DNA from: Alphaproteobacteria bacterium
GTDB lineage: Bacteria > Pseudomonadota > Alphaproteobacteria > RF32 > CAG-239
Direction: 5' to 3'
Length of the DNA: 64,000 nucleotides
Assembly (NCBI GenBank): GCA_045593845.1
Contig: JAZNXK010000004.1
Span: 4,436 to 68,435, forward strand
Shown here: positions 25,840 through 35,747 of the stretch, piece after piece
How the letters are laid out: each line of letters opens with the position of its first letter
Position numbering within the stretch: the first letter of the stretch is position 1
Position numbers and translations under genes: made by a program
The notes under the pieces: model-generated
What the model was told of the DNA's origin: nothing
Seen by the model: only the letters and a program-made list of their open reading frames with translations
Databases searched by the model: none

Positions 25840-26574
25840 TTATCTTACAACTTTTTCTTCCACATCTTCAGGAGAAACAATACCGCCGGAAACCACAAAC
25901 TTTAAGGCTTCTTCAACACTCATATCCAAAAATATAACATCTTCTCTGGGAACAAAAATCAAAAAACCGGAAGTGGGATTAGGAGTTGTCGGGACAAAAA
26001 CATTAATCATATCCTGCTTCAAAATGTTTTTCACCTCTCCTTCCGTATCTGTACTCACCAATCCCAAAATCCAAATGCCTTTACGAGGATATTCGAGTAA
26101 TACCACCTTTGAAAAAGCCGAAGTACTATCAGATAAAAATGTCTCAAAAACCTTTTTTAACAAAGAATAAATCGTAGAAATCAAAGGAATTTTTTTAACA
26201 ATCCAATCTCCGAGTTTAATGAAAAATTTTCCGATAAAACCGGCCGCAAACATACCGATAAAAGTCATAATGACAATCAGCACAACCAGCCCCAACCCCG
26301 GAATTGTAAAAGGCAAAGTATCATAATACTCTCTAAGTTGCGGAGGTAACAATTTGCCAACAGCATTATCTACCCAAAAAATAATTTTATAAGCAACATA
26401 AAAAGTCATTGCCACCGGCGCTGTAACCAAAACACCGGTAAAGAAATATGCTCTCAACTTGGCACCGAGTTTCATAAAAACCCTCTGCTCACTGGCTTGT
26501 TTTTCCTGATAACGTCTGATATCCTTAATTTTCTCCGCGCGTTTAAGAGCTTTTTTTGAGTGTTTTTTTGACAT
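25840..26574 (-). CDS. DUF502 family membrane protein
   Basis: 244 aa with TM helices and the characteristic VPTTPNPTSGFL motif. Confidence 0.8.
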   Translation of the reverse strand: MSKKHSKKALKRAEKIKDIRRYQEKQASEQRVFMKLGAKLRAYFFTGVLVTAPVAMTFYVAYKIIFWVDNAVGKLLPPQLREYYDTLPFTIPGLGLVVLIVIMTFIGMFAAGFIGKFFIKLGDWIVKKIPLISTIYSLLKKVFETFLSDSTSAFSKVVLLEYPRKGIWILGLVSTDTEGEVKNILKQDMINVFVPTTPNPTSGFLIFVPREDVIFLDMSVEEALKFVVSGGIVSPEDVEEKVVR

Positions 26575-28341
26575 TTATACCTCCATTGCATCTTCAATAA
26601 TAAATTGAGCTTGATTACGCCCCTGCCAATTATCGCGGTGCAAAACACCGACGAAATTAAAAGTTTTACCAATACCGTTAATTAGGGCCTTTCCCATTTC
26701 GCTGTCCGTACATCTGAAAGCCATAGCCTTTACCGAACCGGAATTAAGTGAAGTCAAAACACATTTAAGATGTCCCGAACCGACAATATTAACACTTGTC
26801 AAAAGTGCATGTGACAGCATAAGTTTGGGTTCAGGGTTTCCTGCCCCGTAAGGCTCTAACAATTGCAACTCATCCAACAATTTAACATTTGCCGCCCCCA
26901 CATCAATAATTCCGTCAACATCCAAAATCGGCACCAAACTATCACTTTGCAGAGTTTCATTAACATAATTACCGACAAATTCTCGAAACTCTTCCAACTT
27001 ATTCTCTTCCAAAGAAAAACCTGCCGCCATAATATGTCCGCCGCCCTTGGTTAATATTCCTTTTTCTTTTGCAGCCATAATCAAAGCTCCGAGATCAATT
27101 CCTGCAACGGAACGCGCAGACCCCTTAACTTCATCTGCCTCAATTGACATAACAAAAGTCGGCAAATTATATCTCTCTTTCAACTTTCCGGCAACAATAC
27201 CTATCACTCCTTGGTGCCAATCCTTACCATAAACAAAAGCTATCGGATATTTTTGCGGCTGACCTTCCAAAATTTCTATTGCCTGCAACAAGACATATTC
27301 TTCGATTTCTTTGCGTTGTTTGTTAAAATTATCCAATTCTTCGGCCAATTTATCCGCTTGAATTTTATTTTGGGAACATAAAAGCCTGCTACCAAACGAA
27401 GAATCACCGACTCTTCCACCGGCATTTATACGAGGTCCCAACACATAGCCAAGATGATAGCTGCTGATTGCTTCAGTTATCCCCGCTTTTTCCGCCAAAG
27501 CCGAAATACCGATATTAGGACACTGCCGCATAACATTCAGCCCCTGTCTGACAAATGCTCGATTCAACCCCAACAAGGGCACAACATCACAGACAGTTCC
27601 TAATGCAACCAAATCAAGCCACTTCAACAAATCAACAGTATTTCTTGTCTCAAAAAATCCTCGTTCACGCAAACAGCGGTTGATTGCCACAACGGTCATA
27701 AAAACCACTCCGACCGCTGCCATATATTCCAGATAAGGATAATCATTTTGCTCATCAATTCTTTTGGGATTTACCAAAGCAGAAACCTTTGGCAACGTAA
27801 CTTCCGGCTCGTGGTGATCCAAAACAATCACCGGAAGATTTTTTTCCGCCGCATAATCAAATACCTCAAAAGCGGTCGTACCACAATCAACCGTAATCAA
27901 AAGCTCTGCACCTTGCGCCAAAAAATCATCAATTGCCATAATACTCGGACCGTACCCCTCATCTCTTTCGGGAATATGCAACATCGGCTCATTTTCCACT
28001 TCACGCAAAAACATACACAATAAAGAAGAAGAAGTAGCACCGTCAACATCATAGTCACCGATTATGGCAATCTTCTTATTATCAATAACGGCATCAGCAA
28101 TCATTTCGGCCGCTTTTTGCATATCTTTCATCACATAAGGATCAGGCATCAAATTTTGCATTTTCGGCGCAATAAAATTTGCCGCATTATCAGCATTAAT
28201 ACCTCTTGAAACCAAGATTTTTGCCAACAACAGCGAAAAACCATTTTTTTGAGCCATTTGTTCAACCAAAAGCTCATTAGGGGAAGAAAAATCCCAAATA
28301 TTTCCGTTCAAAGACCTTTTTGTTTCAAAACTGCTAACCAC
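26575..28341 (-). CDS. recJ: Single-stranded-DNA-specific exonuclease RecJ
   Basis: 588 aa with a GTG start. DHH motifs are present (GDYDVDGATS, DHH, GGGHIMAAG). Confidence 0.93.
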   Translation of the reverse strand: MVSSFETKRSLNGNIWDFSSPNELLVEQMAQKNGFSLLLAKILVSRGINADNAANFIAPKMQNLMPDPYVMKDMQKAAEMIADAVIDNKKIAIIGDYDVDGATSSSLLCMFLREVENEPMLHIPERDEGYGPSIMAIDDFLAQGAELLITVDCGTTAFEVFDYAAEKNLPVIVLDHHEPEVTLPKVSALVNPKRIDEQNDYPYLEYMAAVGVVFMTVVAINRCLRERGFFETRNTVDLLKWLDLVALGTVCDVVPLLGLNRAFVRQGLNVMRQCPNIGISALAEKAGITEAISSYHLGYVLGPRINAGGRVGDSSFGSRLLCSQNKIQADKLAEELDNFNKQRKEIEEYVLLQAIEILEGQPQKYPIAFVYGKDWHQGVIGIVAGKLKERYNLPTFVMSIEADEVKGSARSVAGIDLGALIMAAKEKGILTKGGGHIMAAGFSLEENKLEEFREFVGNYVNETLQSDSLVPILDVDGIIDVGAANVKLLDELQLLEPYGAGNPEPKLMLSHALLTSVNIVGSGHLKCVLTSLNSGSVKAMAFRCTDSEMGKALINGIGKTFNFVGVLHRDNWQGRNQAQFIIEDAMEV

Positions 28342-28353
28342 TTGTAAAATTCC

Positions 28354-29022
28354 CTAATAAACCAAATAAACTTCCGTTCTGCGATTTAATTTCTCGCCCT
28401 CAATCATATTATCACTTAACAGCGGCATAGCATCGCCAAATGCCTCAACAATAATATTTTCTTTTCTTACCCCGGCCTTTTTTAGAGCTTCGGCAACACT
28501 TTGCGCACGCTTTAACGACATTTTGTAATTTATCATTTTTTGACTTTCAAAATCCTCATTTTTTGTTTTGCTTGAAGCATAGCCATAAACCAAAACTCTT
28601 GCATTTTTTTCTTCTGCAGTTTTTGCAACTTTTTTCAGCTCATCATTATATTTTTTATCAACATCATAGCTGCTGCTCTCAAACAAGACCATAGCAACCA
28701 TCATATTTTGTGCTTTGCGCATATCCGGCATTTTGTTTTCTATCACAATCGGAATATTTTTCTCGGTTTCGTTTTCCACTCTTATAACCGGTTCCGTTCT
28801 TACAACATCAGACAAGTCTGCTACGATATCACCATTGTTATCTTCATCATAATAATTGGCATTTTTGCTGTCCGCTGCAAAAATCTTTGTAGAATTTATT
28901 TCATGCAAGGGTTTATAATGCGGCTCAAGTCCTTTTTCAGTTTCTATATCACTTCGGTTTGAAGCACACGCGCTCAACAAAAAAAATGATAACATCACCA
29001 GAAAAACAGCTTTTTTCAACAT
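28354..29022 (-). CDS. OmpA-family lipoprotein
   Basis: ATG 29022 is preceded by AAGGAA. The lipobox is LLSAC. The C-terminal OmpA-like domain ends NRRTEVYLVY. Confidence 0.8.
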   Translation of the reverse strand: MLKKAVFLVMLSFFLLSACASNRSDIETEKGLEPHYKPLHEINSTKIFAADSKNANYYDEDNNGDIVADLSDVVRTEPVIRVENETEKNIPIVIENKMPDMRKAQNMMVAMVLFESSSYDVDKKYNDELKKVAKTAEEKNARVLVYGYASSKTKNEDFESQKMINYKMSLKRAQSVAEALKKAGVRKENIIVEAFGDAMPLLSDNMIEGEKLNRRTEVYLVY

Positions 29023-29149
29023 AAATTTTCCTTTCTTCTTATCCTCAAACACGGTTATACCGCAAAAGTTCGACATTGACAAGAGCAATTTTGTTTAGTA
29101 AGCTAAACAAAGAATTGTTAATTTTTTTAATTTCCTCGGGAGATAGCAT

Positions 29150-29686
29150 ATGTCAAAATTCGTAAAATTAGCCTTAATTCTTATAATTTTTTCTGCCTGC
29201 TCAAAACTTGTAAAAAAAGACGACTTGTCAATTTTAGGACCTGAAGGGGAAAAAGTTGCCTATAAGGTAGAACTTGCCGTAACCAACGAGGAGCTTGGAA
29301 AAGGTTTGATGGACCGCAAAAGTTTAGCTCCGAATTCCGGTATGCTTTTTGATTTACGCACCGTTAAAGAGCCGATTTCAATGTGGATGAAAGATACGTA
29401 TATATCATTGGATATGGTATTTATTGATAAATATGGAACAATTTTCTGGATTTATGAAAATGCCGAACCAATGTCAACCATGCTCATTCTTCCGCCGGAA
29501 ATACCGGCTGCAGTCCTTGAGGTCAATGCCGGTGATGCCCAAAAATTCAATATCAGAGTCGGCGATACCGTAAAACACCCATGGTTTATTAACCAAGCAC
29601 CGGCTACAAATGCAGCTGCGGAAGCACCTGCCGAAGAAACAGCTCCAGTTGATGAACAACCGGTAAATACAGAATCTTTTGAATAG
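29150..29686 (+). CDS. DUF192 domain lipoprotein
   Basis: 178 aa with lipobox IFSAC. The DUF192 core reads GLMDRKSLAPNSGMLF...ISMWMKDTYISLDMVFI. Confidence 0.75.
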   Translation: MSKFVKLALILIIFSACSKLVKKDDLSILGPEGEKVAYKVELAVTNEELGKGLMDRKSLAPNSGMLFDLRTVKEPISMWMKDTYISLDMVFIDKYGTIFWIYENAEPMSTMLILPPEIPAAVLEVNAGDAQKFNIRVGDTVKHPWFINQAPATNAAAEAPAEETAPVDEQPVNTESFE

Positions 29687-29710
29687 TCGGTAAACAATTT
29701 TCAAAGAAAA

Positions 29711-29740
29711 TAACCTCGTAAATCACGAGGTTATTTTTTT
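29711..29740 (+). terminator. Rho-independent terminator after the DUF192 gene
   Basis: Stem TAACCTCGT / ACGAGGTTA followed by a T7 run. Confidence 0.75.
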
Positions 29741-29843
29741 ACCCCTATTCTTTCTAAAAAAAATATAAGTATCAAATAAATCGGATTGAAAAGAGAAAAA
29801 AAGCGAATAAATCAAGAATAAACAAATATAAAGGATTAAAAAA

Positions 29844-30314
29844 ATGATATTTAAGATTATAATTTTTTCTCTGTTTACTGTCACTGTCAGTGCCGAAGAA
29901 TTTATTGAAAGCACTGCCTGCTCTCAAGATGAAACTGCCATATTCGGAGAAGCCGCGCAACCAAACGGAACTTTCAATCAAATGCTGCTGGAACAACCTC
30001 AAAATACTCCCAATCCGCTCGGCAATCCAATATACTACACACCATCCGGCGCACCGGAGATATTCACTCCACAATCACCTTTGCAACCTGCATCACAAAC
30101 AACACCCTCAACTCCAAATGCCATAAATGAAATCAGCCCGCAAAATCCTTCCATAAGTCAAATGACACCGCAAGCCGTCGGCAACGAAATTCAAAACAAA
30201 CTTTACCAATCAGGAGACCGAATTTATGACGTTCAATCATATCCCGCAAACGATATTGATTACATCAACCAAAACGACCAAGACAATGCTATAACCAATT
30301 ATCCTGCCTATTAA
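29844..30314 (+). CDS. Secreted Pro/Gln/Asn-rich low-complexity protein (156 aa)
   Basis: Signal peptide MIFKIIIFSLFTVTVSAEE, then a P/Q/N/T-rich sequence. No recognisable domain. Confidence 0.5.
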   Translation: MIFKIIIFSLFTVTVSAEEFIESTACSQDETAIFGEAAQPNGTFNQMLLEQPQNTPNPLGNPIYYTPSGAPEIFTPQSPLQPASQTTPSTPNAINEISPQNPSISQMTPQAVGNEIQNKLYQSGDRIYDVQSYPANDIDYINQNDQDNAITNYPAY

Positions 30315-31123
30315 AACGATAAAAACCCGTAGCTGTATAGCAGTAAAACTGTACCCAAAATCACTCTATATATAACAAACGGCAGAAAAGTTCTGTTCTT
30401 AAGCCAATTCATCATTACCCAAATAGCACATATTGAAGCAACAAAAGAAAACGCAATTCCCCATATCTCAAAACCAAAATCTTTTACTCCGGCCTCAATC
30501 ATCTCTAAAAATACCAAAGCACCTGCACCGGCAATCGTCGGAATTGACAATAACATACAAAACTTTGCCGCCTCTCTGCGCTCAACCCCCAACAATCTGC
30601 TCATTGTAATCGTAATTCCCGAACGAGACGTTCCGGGTATGAGTGCCAAACATTGTGCCAAACCGATCAATAAGGCATCAACAATCTCCAAATTTTCAAT
30701 TTTGCGGATAGAAAGTGTGTATTTATCAGCAAACCACAGCAAAATACCAAAAATAAGAATATTCCAACCGATAATTTTGGTATCACGCATCCATTCCATA
30801 CCATAATTTTTCAATACCAACCCGGCAATAACCGCCGGAATGGTAGCAATTATAATCAACCAAAAAAGTTTGCTTCCGTTATTTGCAAAAGACGGTAAGA
30901 GTTTTGCCTTTAACATACCTTTGAGAATATTCCAAATATCCTTGGTAAAATATATCAAAACTGCAGCAATCGAACCGATATGCACCGCCACATCCATTGC
31001 CAGCCCTTGGTCAGGAAAATCAGTAAATTTAGCAAATAAAATCAAGTGACCGGAAGAACTTACCGGTAAAAATTCAGTAATTCCCTGAAGTATTGCCAAC
31101 CAAAAAACCTGCATTATTGTCAT
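30311..31123 (-). CDS. uppP: Undecaprenyl-diphosphate phosphatase
   Basis: 270 aa polytopic protein with BacA motifs (GITEFLPVSSSGHL, PGTSRSG). Confidence 0.93.
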   Translation of the reverse strand: MTIMQVFWLAILQGITEFLPVSSSGHLILFAKFTDFPDQGLAMDVAVHIGSIAAVLIYFTKDIWNILKGMLKAKLLPSFANNGSKLFWLIIIATIPAVIAGLVLKNYGMEWMRDTKIIGWNILIFGILLWFADKYTLSIRKIENLEIVDALLIGLAQCLALIPGTSRSGITITMSRLLGVERREAAKFCMLLSIPTIAGAGALVFLEMIEAGVKDFGFEIWGIAFSFVASICAIWVMMNWLKNRTFLPFVIYRVILGTVLLLYSYGFLSF

Positions 31124-31124
31124 C

Positions 31125-31964
31125 TTAATTTTCCTCCCAAGTAATGCACTTTTTATCTTTTATATCGAGCAAAGAATGAGGTCTGAAGCGAACATTATTA
31201 AGTGAAGCCCCCCAATGCAAGTGCGGTCCCGTTGCTCTTCCGGTACTTCCTACCAACCCGATAACATCACCTTGTTTAACTTTATCACCGAGTTTAACTT
31301 TTGATTCCTGCAAATGAGCATATATCGTCTGTAAACCTTGTCCATGGTCGATAATCACCATATTTCCGGTATAAAAGTAATCTTTACCGTTCAAAACCAC
31401 AATTCCATCTCCGGCTGCCTTTACCTCGGTACCGGCCGGAGCTGCTATATCCGTTCCGCTATGCGGACTTTTCGGTATTCCGTTAAAAATTCTCTGATTA
31501 CCGAAATTACCGCTGATTCTTCCTTCAACCGGCAATATAAACCCTTTTTGCCAATAATTTCCGGCCTGCATAATTTTCAAACTTTTCGCCACATCTCTTT
31601 GTTCACGTAAAATTTCTGCATCATGGCTTTTATCAGGAGTAACTTTTGATTGCGCCACCCCCTCAATTTTCTGAATATCCCAAACCGCAGGTTCAACCGT
31701 CAGCGAAACAAATTTATTCCCTCTATTATCATCAAAGCGCAGATTTTTTGCTTCATCACGTGAAAGAGCTACAATGGCTGTTCCGTCATTTGTCACCGGA
31801 TATTCTCTACCGTTAACATTCAAACTTTCTACATCTTCCGGCACATTCTTAAAAATCAACAACTCCCCTTGCTTGAAATCACCACAAATTTCAAACCCTG
31901 CTTTTGCTTGCATAGTATTCAATAAAATAAAACTAAAAATCAAACAAATCGCCTTGCATTTCAT
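31125..31964 (-). CDS. M23 family metallopeptidase
   Basis: 279 aa with a signal peptide and the motifs HSGTDIAAPAGT and GSTGRATGPHLHW. Confidence 0.88.
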   Translation of the reverse strand: MKCKAICLIFSFILLNTMQAKAGFEICGDFKQGELLIFKNVPEDVESLNVNGREYPVTNDGTAIVALSRDEAKNLRFDDNRGNKFVSLTVEPAVWDIQKIEGVAQSKVTPDKSHDAEILREQRDVAKSLKIMQAGNYWQKGFILPVEGRISGNFGNQRIFNGIPKSPHSGTDIAAPAGTEVKAAGDGIVVLNGKDYFYTGNMVIIDHGQGLQTIYAHLQESKVKLGDKVKQGDVIGLVGSTGRATGPHLHWGASLNNVRFRPHSLLDIKDKKCITWEEN

Positions 31965-33234
31965 CTTTTTTCTCCAACGTTTTAACCTTCAGCGAGCCAT
32001 CGGCAAAATCAATCTGCAAGAATTTATTTTTGATTGCATCATTTTTACCATAGATAGTTTTACCTGTATCTGTTTTAACCCAAGCAAAACCTCTCTTCAA
32101 AACCGAATCAATCGAAACCGATTCCAATCTTGCCGCCAGCCCTGACAAATTTTCCTTTTTTCTCTCAACGATATTCGCAATATAAACAGGTTTAATATCG
32201 CTCAATGCCAATCTGTTTTCCTTTAACTCCAAGCAATTCTTAAAAGCAATCTTTAACCTTTCCACTCTTTCATCAAGTTTTTGCACATTATCGCTCAAAA
32301 TTTGCTCCAAATTAGGAATTCCTCTTGCCAAACCGTCCAAATAATTTTTCTTTTCTTCGCAAAGTCTGTGAACGGCATTTATCATTCTGCTCGCCTGCGT
32401 CATCAACTTTGCCGCAATCTCACTTTTTACCGGCACGGCAAACTCTGCCGCTCCCGTAGGTGTCGGAGCACGCAAATCCGCGGCATAATCAATCAGCATC
32501 GTATCTGTTTCATGCCCGACGGCAGAAATTATCGGAATTTCCGAATTATAAACTGCTCTGACCACATTTTCTTCATTAAAACACCACAAATCTTCCAAAC
32601 TTCCGCCGCCTCTTGCCACAATCAGCACATCAGGACGCGGAATACCCACGTTTTCAGGCAAGGCATTAAAACCATCTATTGCAGCACTGATTTGTGCTGC
32701 CGCGCCGTCACCCTGCACCAACGTCGGCCAAACAATAATTCGGCTCGGAAATCTGTCTCTCACTCTATGAATAATATCTCTGATTACCGCTCCCGTCGGG
32801 CTTGTAACCACACCGATAATTCGCGGCAAAAATGGAATCTGCTTTTTATGCGCAGCATCGAACAACCCCTCTTCGGCAAACTTTTTCTTTCTCTCTTCCA
32901 AAAGTTTCAACAAAGCACCGCTACCGGCAACTTCCATCTTTTCAATTACCAACTGATATGAGCTTTTCCCCGAAAAGGTAGTAATTCTTCCGGTAACCAC
33001 AACTTCCAGACCGTCTTCCGGTTTAATCGGTAACGATAAAGCCACACCTTTCCAACAAACAGCGGAAAGAACAGCATTTTCATCCTTCAACGACATATAA
33101 TAGTGGCCGGAATCTGCTCTTTTGCAACCGGATATCTCTCCTCTCACCCTCACCGACTGAAAAGTGGTTTCCATCAGCTTTTTAATAACAGCCGAAATCT
33201 CACTGACACTAAACTCTGGAATTTGCTCTATCAT
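31933..33234 (-). CDS. xseA: Exodeoxyribonuclease VII large subunit
   Basis: 433 aa with an OB-fold N-terminus and the catalytic region ARGGGSLEDLWCFNEE. Confidence 0.92.
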   Translation of the reverse strand: MIEQIPEFSVSEISAVIKKLMETTFQSVRVRGEISGCKRADSGHYYMSLKDENAVLSAVCWKGVALSLPIKPEDGLEVVVTGRITTFSGKSSYQLVIEKMEVAGSGALLKLLEERKKKFAEEGLFDAAHKKQIPFLPRIIGVVTSPTGAVIRDIIHRVRDRFPSRIIVWPTLVQGDGAAAQISAAIDGFNALPENVGIPRPDVLIVARGGGSLEDLWCFNEENVVRAVYNSEIPIISAVGHETDTMLIDYAADLRAPTPTGAAEFAVPVKSEIAAKLMTQASRMINAVHRLCEEKKNYLDGLARGIPNLEQILSDNVQKLDERVERLKIAFKNCLELKENRLALSDIKPVYIANIVERKKENLSGLAARLESVSIDSVLKRGFAWVKTDTGKTIYGKNDAIKNKFLQIDFADGSLKVKTLEKKDEMQGDLFDF

Positions 33235-33392
33235 CTTTTATCCTTCACTGAATACGGATGTTACAAAAATCAACCATCAACGGCAAGAGAAAAATATTTT
33301 TTTCACAAGCTAACGCAATATATTTTTTTTTGCTTGAAGACGTTAAAATCTATGGTAAATTAAGAAAAAGTTAAAACTTGAGAAATACTGTC

Positions 33393-33962
33393 ATGACAAA
33401 AGTCGCAATATGGTGTCGTCACCAAGAAGATAATGTAATCGGCATCGGTCCGAATATTCCGTGGCATATAAAGTCCGATTTTCAGCGTTTTCGCCGCATT
33501 ACCGAAGGACAAAATATCGTCGCCGGACAGACAACTTATGAGAGTTTTCCGGACCGAACCCTACCCAATCGCAATATCTATGTTGTAACTTTGGATAAAA
33601 ATTATGTTGTCAGCGACGAAAAGCACCATTTTGTCATCAATGACATCAACTTTTTTAAGGACTTTGAAGAAGATATTTATATTTCCGGCGGCGCTTCAAT
33701 ATACAAACTTTTTATGACCGGCACCCCGAATTTGATGCCCGACATTGTTGTTGATTGCGTTTATATGGGTGATTTAAATCCTAATCTAAAAGGTGAAAAA
33801 GTTACGATAACTGATTGTATTGATGTATTAAATAAAAAATATACTCAAGTTATGCCAAATTTTGAACTCGACAACATCATTACACACGTTTTGGTTCGCA
33901 AAGGCGAATTTATCGAGCAATCGGTTTTAAAACGAATTATTTTAGAAATTACTAACTTTTAA
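33393..33962 (+). CDS. folA: Dihydrofolate reductase
   Basis: ATG 33393, with the track start 33378 being TTG. The DHFR N-terminal pattern is present ([23 protein letters not shown]...GQTTYESFP...PNRNIYVVT). It is adjacent to thyA. Confidence 0.75.
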   Translation: MTKVAIWCRHQEDNVIGIGPNIPWHIKSDFQRFRRITEGQNIVAGQTTYESFPDRTLPNRNIYVVTLDKNYVVSDEKHHFVINDINFFKDFEEDIYISGGASIYKLFMTGTPNLMPDIVVDCVYMGDLNPNLKGEKVTITDCIDVLNKKYTQVMPNFELDNIITHVLVRKGEFIEQSVLKRIILEITNF

Positions 33963-33982
33963 CAAATCAAAAGGGTAAAATT

Positions 33983-34771
33983 ATGAAACAGTATTTAGAT
34001 TTACTTCAAGACATTATGGAAAACGGACAAGACGGCGAAAACCGCACCGGAGAAATGGCACGCAAAGTTTTCGGTCGTCAAATGCATTTCGACCTGCAGA
34101 AGGGATTTCCGCTTGTAACAACCAAAAAGATGTTCCTGAAAGGGGTTATCTACGAGCTCCTCTGGTTCCTGAAAGGCGACACCAACATCAAATATCTGCT
34201 GGACCACAATGTCCACATTTGGGATGAGTGGGCCGACGAAAACGGAGATCTCGGGCCTGTTTACGGACATCAATGGCGCGATTGGAATTCCGAGGGAATC
34301 GACCAAATTAAAGATGTTGTTGAGCGCATCAAAAAAGATCCGACCGACCGAAGAGTCCTCGTTACAGCATGGAATCCCGGGCAGATTCCACAAATGAAAT
34401 TGGCACCTTGTCACTGTCTTTTCCAGTTTGATGTTTCTCCCGATGGCAAATTGAGTTGCCAACTCTACCAACGCAGTTGCGATATGTTTTTGGGTGTTCC
34501 GTTCAATATTGCTTCTTATGCCCTGCTCACTATGATGATTGCACAAGTTTGCGACCTCAAACCGGGTGAATTCATTCACACTTTGGGCAACGCACACATC
34601 TACAGCAACCACTTTGAGCAAGTCAAAGAGCAACTGAGCAGAACTCCATATCCTCTGCCGAAAATGAAGATAAATCCTGACATCAAAGATATTGATGCTT
34701 TCGACTACTCAGATTTTGAGTTGATCGATTATCAATACCACCCTGCAATCAAAGGCGAAGTCGCCGTGTAA
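33983..34771 (+). CDS. thyA: Thymidylate synthase (ThyA type)
   Basis: 262 aa with the motifs [41 protein letters not shown] and [16 protein letters not shown]. Confidence 0.96.
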   Translation: MKQYLDLLQDIMENGQDGENRTGEMARKVFGRQMHFDLQKGFPLVTTKKMFLKGVIYELLWFLKGDTNIKYLLDHNVHIWDEWADENGDLGPVYGHQWRDWNSEGIDQIKDVVERIKKDPTDRRVLVTAWNPGQIPQMKLAPCHCLFQFDVSPDGKLSCQLYQRSCDMFLGVPFNIASYALLTMMIAQVCDLKPGEFIHTLGNAHIYSNHFEQVKEQLSRTPYPLPKMKINPDIKDIDAFDYSDFELIDYQYHPAIKGEVAV

Positions 34772-34780
34772 GTAAAAAGC

Positions 34781-34814
34781 AATCCCACTCATTGAGCCGA
34801 ATGAGTGGGATTTT
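34781..34814 (+). terminator. 13-bp perfect hairpin between thyA and the MazG-like gene (weak T tract)
   Basis: AATCCCACTCATT (34781-34793) / AATGAGTGGGATT (34800-34812), followed only by TTCC. It may act as a partial terminator or an RNA-processing or stability element. Confidence 0.45.
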
Positions 34815-34829
34815 CCATTGGAGAATACC

Positions 34830-35228
34830 ATGAACGAAATCAAAGATTTTTTGAGCAACTATTGCCAACGTGTCAACAGTGTAACCTCTACTCCCAGCAA
34901 AGATGACCAAGTTTATTTTGAACAAATGAAAAAACTCTCTTTATGGCTCAACGGCAACTATTCCCGCATGGATACCGCTATGACCGGACTTGCCGGCGAA
35001 GTCGGAGAATGTTGTGATTTGTGGAAAAAGCTCAAATTTCAGGGCAAAGACTTGAGCGAAGAAAACCGCCAAAAGCTCATTGACGAACTCGGCGACGTAT
35101 GTTGGTATTTGTCCCAAGCTTCAATGGCTCTTGGAATCGGCATTGAAGAAATAATCGCAAAAAACATGCAAAAAATTTGCGACCGCTACCCCAACGGATT
35201 TTCCCCCAATCATACAAATAATAAATAA
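34830..35228 (+). CDS. MazG-like nucleotide pyrophosphohydrolase domain protein
   Basis: ATG 34830 is preceded by GGAGAA, and the track start 34818 is TTG. The all-alpha NTP-PPase motif is present (GLAGEVGECCDLWKK...LIDELGDVCWYL). Confidence 0.75.
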   Translation: MNEIKDFLSNYCQRVNSVTSTPSKDDQVYFEQMKKLSLWLNGNYSRMDTAMTGLAGEVGECCDLWKKLKFQGKDLSEENRQKLIDELGDVCWYLSQASMALGIGIEEIIAKNMQKICDRYPNGFSPNHTNNK

Positions 35229-35353
35229 TTTCCATCACATAAACTTAACAAAAAAGTATTAACCAAACACCGGACGGATATATTGTCTGTCTGGAAAAAG
35301 ACACCCTCTTCTATGACAAAAATCCCGAGATTGAGCCGAACAGTATTGTCATT

Positions 35354-35647
35354 TTGGACTATGACAGCTCGTGCTTAATCAAGCTCTATTATTCTGTTGG
35401 CGACGATTTATACGTCTTGAAAAATAATCAAATCGTCCATCAAATCAAATCTGTAACCAAATGCGGCAACGAATACATTGTCTGCACGGACAAAGACCAT
35501 TTTGTATTCGATAAAAAGCCGAACTTTGCGGAAGATGATATTGTAATCATCAAACCAGACATGACGGTGCTGGCACCTTTTGCCGAGCCGATATACCAAC
35601 AATATCGCTTTATTCGTTCCGCATACGACGTCATATCAATATACTGA
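35354..35647 (+). CDS. Small protein of the tandem 35.2-36.7 kb family; probably 5'-truncated or a pseudogene
   Basis: The only start candidates are TTG 35354 and CTG 35291. The frame is open from 35249 and the upstream part encodes a further copy of the family motif. There is no signal peptide, unlike its two paralogs. Confidence 0.35.
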   Translation: MDYDSSCLIKLYYSVGDDLYVLKNNQIVHQIKSVTKCGNEYIVCTDKDHFVFDKKPNFAEDDIVIIKPDMTVLAPFAEPIYQQYRFIRSAYDVISIY

Positions 35648-35654
35648 AAAACTC

Positions 35655-35684
35655 AACGCTACCCCTCAAAAGGTAGCGTTTTTC
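35655..35684 (+). terminator. Rho-independent terminator
   Basis: Stem AACGCTACC (35655-35663) / GGTAGCGTT (35672-35680) plus a T-run. TTGACA follows immediately at 35686-35691. Confidence 0.7.
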
Positions 35685-35747
35685 ATTGACAATTTTGAGG
35701 GTTTATTATAGGACTAATGCTATAGAATATATTAAAAATCCATTATT

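Noticed and set aside
34001-34633. Long antisense ORFs inside core genes: 34001-34633 in thyA, 32281-32961 in xseA, 37456-38103 in the permease, 42752-43423 in trxB, 45690-46286 in ugd, 14837-15388 in folD, 18071-18580 in miaB, 63087-63668 across dnaG/yqeY
   Set aside because: Each lies opposite a gene with strong family motifs. None has a recognisable domain or a ribosome-binding site.
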